Positions 9,257 through 16,179 of a stretch of 58,807 bases of DNA are shown here, one piece after another (positions within the stretch are counted from its first letter, which is position 1; every line of letters starts with the position of its first letter). The DNA lies in the IMG/VR virus record IMGVR_UViG_2788500396_000001, positions 64,859 to 123,665 of that record; one strand, written 5' to 3'. Both the position numbers and the translations under genes were made by a program. Origin of the DNA: a virus (taxonomy: Duplodnaviria > Heunggongvirae > Uroviricota > Caudoviricetes). Below the pieces are notes generated by a model. The model had not been told where the DNA came from. It saw only the letters and a list, made by a program, of their open reading frames with translations, and did no database searches.

Positions 9257-9316
9257 AGGGATAAATGAAAAAATACAAAACCCGGAAACCGTTGTGGCGC
9301 AATAGTTTCCGGGTTT
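9218..9316. repeat. direct repeat GAAACCGTTGTGGCRCA x2; the second copy sits inside a 12-bp inverted repeat
   Basis: Copies near 9221 and 9285. AAACCCGGAAAC (9278-9289) pairs with GTTTCCGGGTTT (9305-9316). Confidence 0.7.
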
Positions 9317-9326
9317 GAGCGATCTC

Positions 9327-9337
9327 CTATATAAGGG
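9327..9337 (+). promoter_or_regulatory. candidate phage-RNAP (late) promoter element CTATATAAGGG
   Basis: Intergenic, upstream of the long rightward late operon. An exact second copy lies at 48330-48340, also intergenic. Confidence 0.35.
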
Positions 9338-9421
9338 AGAAAAAGGAGCAAAGTACACAAGATGCTTTCTTGAAGTTCCTAGTTTTTGCTTCTCCAAATT
9401 GATAATGAGGGATGTGTTGTT

Positions 9422-9586
9422 CTGATTTATGTCAGAAAAGACGAAGTTGATTATCTTCGTCAGAATGGGCTTGCCCATGAAGTGTTGGCTAAGACATGCC
9501 ACGGTAAGCATTTTGCTGTTGAATCGCGTGCTGTTCTGAGTGCCTTAAAGAAGTACAACGATAGTCGTGTTCCAAAAAATAATTGA
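9422..9586 (+). CDS. small hypothetical protein
   Basis: ORF 9386..9586; SD GAGGGA suggests a CTG/ATT start at 9422/9425. Confidence 0.6.
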   Translation: MIYVRKDEVDYLRQNGLAHEVLAKTCHGKHFAVESRAVLSALKKYNDSRVPKNN

Positions 9587-9603
9587 TTAGGAGATATGGT
9601 CTA

Positions 9604-10227
9604 TTGGATACTTTTGAAATTCAAATTCCTGCTGGTAGCGGCGCAAATAAGCAGTTGCCTGATCCGTATCTGCTGAATTATTACGAGTCAGTGGATAATC
9701 GCATTCTGTGGATCGATTCTGCTGTGAGCGAAGACACCATTGAAATTGCAAAGAAGATTGTTCGGTGGAACGCAGAGGATGATGACGCATCTATTCCTAT
9801 CGAAAATCGGATGCCGATTAAGCTTTATATCGCGTCTGGTGGCGGAGATGCGTATGCTATGCTGGTTGTTCTGGATGCGATCTTGAGTAGTCAGACTCCG
9901 GTGTATACCGTCAACATGGGATTAGCAGCGAGCGCAGCGTGCGTGTTGCTGATTGCTGGTCATAAGCGTTTTGCTATGCCTCATTCACACGCACTGTGGC
10001 ATTCTGGTTCTGGTGGATTGTCTGGCACAATGGAGCAACTGCAGAGTGCGACAAAGCACTTTGATACGATGGATGCCCAGCTCCAAGATCTATTTTTGAG
10101 TAAGACTAAGATTGATCTAAAGACCTATAAGAAGCAGAAGGATAAAGATTGGTATTTTACCGCTGACCAAATGCTTGATGGTGGTCTTGTGGATGTTATC
10201 GTTTCATCCGTAAACGAAATCCTTTGA
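9604..10227 (+). CDS. clpP: ClpP-like protease subunit
   Basis: LYIASGGG, GLAASAA (Ser nucleophile), ALWHS (His), DWYFTADQ...GLVD. Confidence 0.85.
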   Translation: MDTFEIQIPAGSGANKQLPDPYLLNYYESVDNRILWIDSAVSEDTIEIAKKIVRWNAEDDDASIPIENRMPIKLYIASGGGDAYAMLVVLDAILSSQTPVYTVNMGLAASAACVLLIAGHKRFAMPHSHALWHSGSGGLSGTMEQLQSATKHFDTMDAQLQDLFLSKTKIDLKTYKKQKDKDWYFTADQMLDGGLVDVIVSSVNEIL

Positions 10228-10243
10228 GATAGGAGTGCCGCTA

Positions 10244-11014
10244 GTGGCAACTAAGAAGAAGAGTACAAACTTTGAGGATTATGGCCCCGCTCCTGAGACG
10301 TTGCACGGTCATCCCTTCTATGGATTGGATCTTGACCCAGAGCAGAAAGTGCTGGTAGATGCGATCTGGAATCCAGACAACGATATTATTTTTGTCAATG
10401 CCGCAGCTGGTACTGGCAAAACCACTATCGCGATGGGTGTAGCTCATCTACTCGTAAAGTATCGTCTGTATGATGGGATTTTGTGCGTGGCAAGCCCATG
10501 CGAGGAATCTCGTCAAGGATATTTGCCAGGCGATATCAGCCAGAAAAGCGAGGTATATTTTGAGCCTTTCTACCAAGCGATGCAACGGTGTGATATGAAT
10601 CCGTTTACTGACATTGATGATGAATCTTTGGTGAATGCAAAGAACGGAACTGGTTTTGTTAAACTCATCACCCATACTTACACTCGTGGATCAAACTTTG
10701 ATCATCGGGTTGTGATCATCGACGAGATGCAGAATTTTACGTTCCGTGATGCAAAGAAGATTCTTACTCGATGCGCAGATAATTGCAAGGTGATCTGCCT
10801 TGGCCATGACGGACAATGTGATCTTCCGGATGAGTCTTTGAGTGGGTTTGTGCCATATCTGAACCATTTTCGAAACAAGGAGCATTGCCAAGTCTGTAAT
10901 TTGACTATTAACCACAGAGGCTGGATTTCGAGCCATGCTGACGCTCTTATCGAAGGCGCCTTATATCCCCCTGGCCAATTAAAATTTGTTTCGTTGCAAC
11001 CGCATACCATATAG
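10244..11014 (+). CDS. phoH: PhoH-family ATPase; C-terminus probably altered by the IS insertion
   Basis: AAAGTGKTT Walker A, GYLPG, RGSNF, IIDEMQN, GHDGQCD. Confidence 0.9.
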   Translation: MATKKKSTNFEDYGPAPETLHGHPFYGLDLDPEQKVLVDAIWNPDNDIIFVNAAAGTGKTTIAMGVAHLLVKYRLYDGILCVASPCEESRQGYLPGDISQKSEVYFEPFYQAMQRCDMNPFTDIDDESLVNAKNGTGFVKLITHTYTRGSNFDHRVVIIDEMQNFTFRDAKKILTRCADNCKVICLGHDGQCDLPDESLSGFVPYLNHFRNKEHCQVCNLTINHRGWISSHADALIEGALYPPGQLKFVSLQPHTI

Positions 11015-12320
11015 ATGTAAGAAAACCAGAAAAGGATGTATCGTTTGTGGAGAAAGCCTACAAATTTCGCCTGTACCCTAACAAGGCGCAGGAGGAGCTG
11101 ATACGCAAAACCATCGGTTGCGCCCGCTTCGTCTACAACCAAACCCTGGCTGCCCGCAGAGGTGCCTACGCCGCAGGAAACCAACTCAGCGGTTACGACT
11201 GTGTGAAACTGCTGCATGGGATGAAGGGGTCCTACTCCTGGCTTAAAGAGGTAGACTCCACCGCCCTGCAGACCTCAGTGCTACAGATGGATCAGGCCTA
11301 CAAGAATTTCTTTGCCGGTCGCAAAGGCAAGCGCAAGGTTGGTTTTCCAAAGTTCAAGTCCAAGCATCGTAGCCGCGCCAGCTACACCAGCAAGGTGGTT
11401 GGACAAAACATCCAGGCATCTGATAGGGCGATCCGGCTTCCCAAGCTGGGCTGGGTAAAGGCCAAGGTCTCAACCCCTGTACATGGACGGATTCTCCACG
11501 CTACCGTCAGCATGAGCCGGAGCGGTAAGTTTTTCGTGAGTCTATGCTGCACGGAAGTAGATATCCCACAGTATTCCAGCACCGGTGCCGTCGCCGGCAT
11601 TGATGTGGGCCTCAAAAACCTGGTGATCACCAGCGACGGCCAGAAATTCAGCAACCTCAAGCACCTGCAGCAGGCAGAGCAGCGGCTCATCAAGCTCCAG
11701 CGGCGGCTGTCCCGAAAGCCAAAGGGCAGCCGCAACCGGGAGAAGGCCCGCCTCCGCTTGGCCAAGCAGCATGAGTACATCGCCAACTGCCGGCAGGACT
11801 ACCTGCATAAGCTGACCACTCAGTTGGTCAGGGCCTATGGCATTATCTGCGTGGAAAGCCTCAATGTAAAAGGCATGATGGCCAACCATAAACTGGCCAA
11901 GGCGATTGCCGACGCCTCTTGGGGAGAGTTGGTCAGGCAGCTGAAATACAAGACTGCCTGGCAGCATAAGCAGCTGGTTGAGGTGGGCACTTTCTACCCC
12001 AGCAGCCAGCTGTGCAACCACTGCGGCTATCAGAATGCAGAGACCAAGGACTTGGCGCTCCGGGAGTGGACATGCCCAAAGTGCGGCCACCGGCATGACC
12101 GGGATGTCAACGCCGCCCAGAACATCCTGCATGAAGGACTGAGGCTGCTGGCCAGTGCTTAAATAATAATTTTCCAACGGTACGGTGGGACACACCGGAA
12201 CCTACCAAAACGCTTGGGGAGATCGTGTAAGACCCCGGTGCTTTGTGGGCAACTGCAAAATACTTGGGCGGTGATCGTCGAGCCAAGAATCCCCTGACTT
12301 TAGACAGGGGGGAGTGTCAA
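10951..12320 (+). mobile_element. IS200/IS605-family element, tnpB only (no tnpA)
   Basis: Right end GAATCCCCTGACTTTAGACAGGGG...GTGTCAA ends in TCAA at 12320. The left end is inferred after TTAT (10947-10950). GC is visibly higher than in the flanks. Confidence 0.75.
11047..12162 (+). CDS. tnpB: TnpB RNA-guided nuclease
   Basis: [11 protein letters not shown]-terminal HTH; RuvC GIDVG, VESL and DRDVNAA; CNHC/CPKC zinc finger. The catalytic D/E/D residues are intact. Confidence 0.95.
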   Translation: MEKAYKFRLYPNKAQEELIRKTIGCARFVYNQTLAARRGAYAAGNQLSGYDCVKLLHGMKGSYSWLKEVDSTALQTSVLQMDQAYKNFFAGRKGKRKVGFPKFKSKHRSRASYTSKVVGQNIQASDRAIRLPKLGWVKAKVSTPVHGRILHATVSMSRSGKFFVSLCCTEVDIPQYSSTGAVAGIDVGLKNLVITSDGQKFSNLKHLQQAEQRLIKLQRRLSRKPKGSRNREKARLRLAKQHEYIANCRQDYLHKLTTQLVRAYGIICVESLNVKGMMANHKLAKAIADASWGELVRQLKYKTAWQHKQLVEVGTFYPSSQLCNHCGYQNAETKDLALREWTCPKCGHRHDRDVNAAQNILHEGLRLLASA

Positions 12321-12340
12321 GTTTAAGAATGGGCAGGTGA
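12163..12340 (+). ncRNA. TnpB omega/reRNA region; guide taken from the right flank
   Basis: Structured stretch between the tnpB stop and the TCAA end. TnpB guides are known to derive from the flank (GTTTAAGAATGGGCAGGTGA). The 5' boundary is uncertain. Confidence 0.6.
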
Positions 12341-12346
12341 ACACAA

Positions 12347-13513
12347 ATAGATAAAACTAAATATTTACAGGCACTATATGATTTGCTTTTGCGCCGCAGC
12401 GACCCAGACGATGAAACTGAGTGGGCTGATGTGGTAGCATTTATGAACGAACAGACGGGGGAGAATTATAGCCGCGACTTTGTTCGGAAGTCGTGGCCCC
12501 TGCTCTCCATGTACATCCAAGAAGGATGGGTAGGCCCTCCCGATGATAGCGGAAGTTATTTTGAATCTAAGCGCCTTGAAGCTGAGAAAGAAAGAATCCG
12601 CTTACGTGACGAACGTAATGAGTTAAACCGCTTGAAGCGAGATTTAGCCAGGGCTGACACCATGATGGATCTCTGGAAACAGATCATTTCTGAATCCGTA
12701 GAGCCATTCCATGGCTACCAAGCAAACTCAGTATGTAGCGATGGAGATTGTGATCTTATTGTTCACTTAACGGATTTGCATGCTGGGTTGGTCATTGATA
12801 ATTTTTGCAATCGTTATAATGAAGAGATAATGATTCATAGGTTGCAGGAGTATCTGGGCCGCATTGAAGAAATTGCAGCAAGACATCGGGCAAACAACTG
12901 TTATGTCTTGTTGGGCGGAGATTTGATCAGCGGAGCTATTCATACCCCGTTACGAATCGAATCGAATATGAATACGCTTGAGCAGCTGAAATTTGTTTCT
13001 ATTGCGGTTAGTGAGTTTGTAAAAGAACTCAGCCCAATGTTTGCGGATGTGTATGTGTATTCTGTTGCTGGAAATCATTCTCGTTTATTTCAGAATAAAA
13101 AAGAGAATGCAAAAGGTGAAAACCTTGACACTCTCGTTCCGTTTTATATGCAGGCAAAATTATCCGAATATGAGAACGTACATATTTACGACCATAATGA
13201 TGAAGAGAGCGTTGCTAGATTTTCTGTGAGAGGAAATCTTGTCTATGGTGTTCATGGTGATAAAGACACGATGGAAAGCGTAGTGCAAAAACTTACAATG
13301 TTCTTTGGTGCCAAACCTGATATCGTAATGGCTGGTCATCGACACACAAATGGATTCCGCACTGTGTATGATTCTAAGGTAATTGAAAGTGGATGCCTGT
13401 CTGGTCCAGATAATTTTTGTATGGATCATCGGCTACAAAACAAGCCTGAACAAATGGTATTAGTTGTTAATGATACCGGTATTGAATGTTTATATGATAT
13501 AAAGTTTAGCTGA
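12347..13513 (+). CDS. calcineurin-like metallophosphoesterase (SPbeta YonJ-like position)
   Basis: TDLH, GGDL, GNH, HGD and GHRH motifs. Frame extended to ATA 12347 behind SD AGGTG; the ORF track starts at 12383. Confidence 0.85.
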   Translation: MDKTKYLQALYDLLLRRSDPDDETEWADVVAFMNEQTGENYSRDFVRKSWPLLSMYIQEGWVGPPDDSGSYFESKRLEAEKERIRLRDERNELNRLKRDLARADTMMDLWKQIISESVEPFHGYQANSVCSDGDCDLIVHLTDLHAGLVIDNFCNRYNEEIMIHRLQEYLGRIEEIAARHRANNCYVLLGGDLISGAIHTPLRIESNMNTLEQLKFVSIAVSEFVKELSPMFADVYVYSVAGNHSRLFQNKKENAKGENLDTLVPFYMQAKLSEYENVHIYDHNDEESVARFSVRGNLVYGVHGDKDTMESVVQKLTMFFGAKPDIVMAGHRHTNGFRTVYDSKVIESGCLSGPDNFCMDHRLQNKPEQMVLVVNDTGIECLYDIKFS

Positions 13514-13530
13514 GAGGTTTCCCTCTTGAT

Positions 13531-13609
13531 GGACCTTTAGCTTAGTTGGTTTTAGAGCATACGACTGTTAATCGTAAGGTCGTGGGTTCGAGTCCCACAG
13601 GGTCCTCCA
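13531..13609 (+). tRNA. tRNA-Asn(GTT), atypical G1-C72/U73
   Basis: Cloverleaf, anticodon arm TACGA-CTGTTAA-TCGTA, GTTCGAG T-loop, encoded CCA. Confidence 0.9.
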
Positions 13610-13612
13610 TAT

Positions 13613-13700
13613 GGGTCGGTATGTCTAGTTGGCGATGACACTTGACTGTAAATCAAGCACGTAAGATACACCGTAGGTTCGACTCCTACCCGGCCCACCA
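13613..13700 (+). tRNA. tRNA-Tyr(GTA)
   Basis: CTTGA-CTGTAAA-TCAAG, long variable region, CCA. Confidence 0.9.
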
Positions 13701-13703
13701 TTT

Positions 13704-13777
13704 AGGGGTATAGCTCAATGGTAGAGTGACGGTCTCCAAAACCGGGTATGAGAGTTCGATTCTTTCTACCCCTGCCA
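13704..13777 (+). tRNA. tRNA-Trp(CCA)
   Basis: AGGGGTA/TACCCCT acceptor stem, loop CTCCAAA, CCA end. Confidence 0.9.
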
Positions 13778-13782
13778 CTCTT

Positions 13783-13856
13783 GGATCAGTAGCTTACGGT
13801 CGGAGCGCCGGTCTGAAAACCGGAGGATGCAGGTTCGATACCTGCCTGGTCCACCA
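13783..13856 (+). tRNA. tRNA-Phe(GAA)-like with a 6-nt anticodon loop
   Basis: GGATCAG/CTGGTCC acceptor, CCGGT-CTGAAA-ACCGG, T arm GCAGG-TTCGATA-CCTGC, CCA. Confidence 0.8.
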
Positions 13857-13860
13857 ATAT

Positions 13861-13936
13861 TGCGGATAGGACAAACGGTTAAGTCACAAGCCCCATAAGC
13901 TTCGAGGAACTGGTTCGACTCCAGTATCCGCAACCA
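13861..13936 (+). tRNA. tRNA with CAT anticodon (Met or Ile2), atypical
   Basis: TGCGGAT/ATCCGCA acceptor, loop CCCATAA, CCA. It has A8 and C33 and no initiator features. Confidence 0.8.
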
Positions 13937-13939
13937 CAT

Positions 13940-14015
13940 GCTGGTGTAGCTCAGCTGGCAGAGCAGTTGATTTGTAACCAACAGGTCGCAGGTTCGATCC
14001 CTGTCACCAGCTCCA
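13940..14015 (+). tRNA. tRNA-Thr(TGT)
   Basis: GCTGGTG/CACCAGC acceptor, loop TTTGTAA, CCA. Confidence 0.9.
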
Positions 14016-14056
14016 TAAAACGATAAGGATTCGTAAGTTATAAGGCGCGAATTCGG

Positions 14057-14086
14057 TGGCTCTGCTGCGGCAGGGCCATTTATTTT
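14057..14086 (+). terminator. hairpin/terminator after the tRNA cluster
   Basis: TGGCTCTGC/GCAGGGCCA stem followed by TTTATTTT. Confidence 0.55.
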
Positions 14087-14110
14087 ACATACAGTTAGGG
14101 GGTATTTTTA

Positions 14111-15097
14111 GTGGCTCAAAAAAGTGCTCCCATTCGATTATATGATCCAGACAAACTAGAGCTTATCAACGAAGAAACAAAGATGTATTGGAGAAAATAC
14201 CAAATTGATATGGAGCTTCGTGAGTTAAGCGAAAAGACCATTTATGGGTATTTGAACGACTTGCAGAGTTGGTGGATTTATATTTACGATAATCAAAACA
14301 ATAAATCTATCTTAGACATCAATGAAGATGATATCACAGAGTTTTTATATTGGTGTAAAAAGCAAGGCAATAATTCCAGGAGAATTAAACGTAGGATGTC
14401 TTCTATTGCCGCTTTTTATAAATATCTTAGGAAAAAGCGGATCGTCTCAGAAAACCCAATGGAATTTATAGATCGCCCAAAGAAAGACACGGACGTGGTT
14501 GAACAGACATTCTTAACAATAGAGCAAGTTGAAGATATGAGGAGTAAACTCAACGGCCAAGTTGAGAGTGCGAAAACTACACATTCAAAGCACATTGCCT
14601 TGATGATGAGGTTGTATGCATTTTTATCATTATCTACCATGGCGAGAGTAAATGCGATCAGCAATATCAAATGGGATCAGATTGAATGGGAAGATCGTTT
14701 AATTAACAATGTCTTGGAAAAAGAAGGATACATTGTTACTTTGTATTTTTCTGCAGAGGTTCTTGGATATTTGCATGAGCTGTTGGATTTTAGGCAGTCT
14801 AATAATATTCAAGATAGTGGCTGGGTATTTTATATTCCGAATCGCGGAGGAGAAGCATCTATTGCAAATAGTACATTAAATGATTGGTGCAAAAAGATTG
14901 GGCTGCTGATTGGTGTTCCGACCTTACATCCTCATGACTTTAGACATAGTGCAAGCCAGATCATGAAATTATCTGGAGCTCCAATAGAAGAAATTAGTGC
15001 GTTACTTCACCATCAAGGATTGGATGTTACGAAAAAACATTACTTGCGTGAAGATAAGAAGAGACTCCAAGAGAGCCGCGATAAATACGGTGTTTAG
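14111..15097 (+). CDS. tyrosine recombinase (XerC/D/integrase family)
   Basis: SAM-like N-domain, STMARVN (Arg), HPHDFRH, LLHH...KHY. Confidence 0.9.
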   Translation: MAQKSAPIRLYDPDKLELINEETKMYWRKYQIDMELRELSEKTIYGYLNDLQSWWIYIYDNQNNKSILDINEDDITEFLYWCKKQGNNSRRIKRRMSSIAAFYKYLRKKRIVSENPMEFIDRPKKDTDVVEQTFLTIEQVEDMRSKLNGQVESAKTTHSKHIALMMRLYAFLSLSTMARVNAISNIKWDQIEWEDRLINNVLEKEGYIVTLYFSAEVLGYLHELLDFRQSNNIQDSGWVFYIPNRGGEASIANSTLNDWCKKIGLLIGVPTLHPHDFRHSASQIMKLSGAPIEEISALLHHQGLDVTKKHYLREDKKRLQESRDKYGV

Positions 15098-15108
15098 GGG
15101 GGCTTCTT

Positions 15109-16179
15109 ACGGCTACTAGAACAAAATCTACAGTTGCAAACAAAAAATACAAATGTATATGCTGTGATACCGCAAAACCTGCATCATCATACTACAAAAG
15201 CAGGTATTCATATCTGTGGAAGCATTCAGATGGCGTGGCGGTAATTTGTAAAGATTGCGTAATGAAGATTCATCAAGATTATCTTGATACCTATAAAGAC
15301 CAAGAAAAAGCCATAAAGTGCCTGTGTGCATTGCTGGATTGGCCTTATATTGCAACGGTGTATTTTGGAAATCTTGGTGATGATGGTACGCTTGATTTAT
15401 CTGGGTACTATAGGCAAATCCAAATGAAGCAATATCAAGATCGTAATTTTGAAACATCTTTAGCAGATGGTGAATTGGGAAAGGATGCAGAGGCAATTCG
15501 AGATTGGCGTGCATCACAATGGACTAAAAAAGACACTCAGAATATGAATTATGCCATATCTGTAATTGGCTATGATCCATTTGATGTGGACGAGATTACT
15601 GATGAAGATCGGAAGTATTGCTTTAATATGCTTGCTGGCTATTGTGATGCTGAAGGTGTTCGAGATGATAGCAGTAAGATTCAAGCTATCATTCAAATTA
15701 CACAACTACATTTGCAGTGTAGAAAAATTGATAAGGTAATCAATGAAGAATTGATGCTGAAGATGCCAAATGAAACAAAGTTAAGAGCCTTAAGTGATAC
15801 GAAAGGTAAATTCTTGAATTCTATATCTACAATCGTTAAAGATAATGGACTTTCTGCAAATTACAACGACAGTAATCGAGCAGGGAAAAACACTCTTTCG
15901 ATGAAGATGAAGGAAATTGCAGAAATTGGGTTTGAGCAAATCAGGACTAATTTGTTTGATATCCATACTGCAGAAGCTATGCGGCAAGTGGCAGATATCA
16001 GCAACAGAAGCATTCTTGATCAGCTTTCATTAGATGATAGCGACTATGTTGATATGATCAAAGAACAAAGAGAAATGCTTCAATCAAAGACGGAACAATG
16101 TGAAGAACTCGAAGAAGAAAATAGATGCTTAAAAAATAAAATTGCAGAATTGGAGTCTTATAAAATTAAAAAGAGGTGA
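15109..16179 (+). CDS. hypothetical protein with N-terminal CxxC..CxxC; terminase small-subunit position
   Basis: ORF 15235..16179 extends stop-free to ACG 15109 (MATRTKSTVANKKYKCICC...) behind GGGGGG. It overlaps the terL start. Confidence 0.7.
   Translation, partial: TATRTKSTVANKKYKCICCDTAKPASSYYKSRYSYLWKHSDGVAVICKDCVMKIHQDYLDTYKDQEKAIKCLCALLDWPYIATVYFGNLGDDGTLDLSGYYRQIQMKQYQDRNFETSLADGELGKDAEAIRDWRASQWTKKDTQNMNYAISVIGYDPFDVDEITDEDRKYCFNMLAGYCDAEGVRDDSSKIQAIIQITQLHLQCRKIDKVINEELMLKMPNETKLRALSDTKGKFLNSISTIVKDNGLSANYNDSNRAGKNTLSMKMKEIAEIGFEQIRTNLFDIHTAEAMRQVADISNRSILDQLSLDDSDYVDMIKEQREMLQSKTEQCEELEEENRCLKNKIAELESYKIKKR

Noticed and set aside
10951-12320. IStron (group I intron fused to an IS)
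   Set aside because: Only ~100 nt precede tnpB and no group I core motifs are present there.
13531-15097. tRNA plus integrase as a prophage att boundary
   Set aside because: Phage genes flank both sides, the tRNAs form a phage-type array with encoded CCA, and I saw no duplicated tRNA 3' end.
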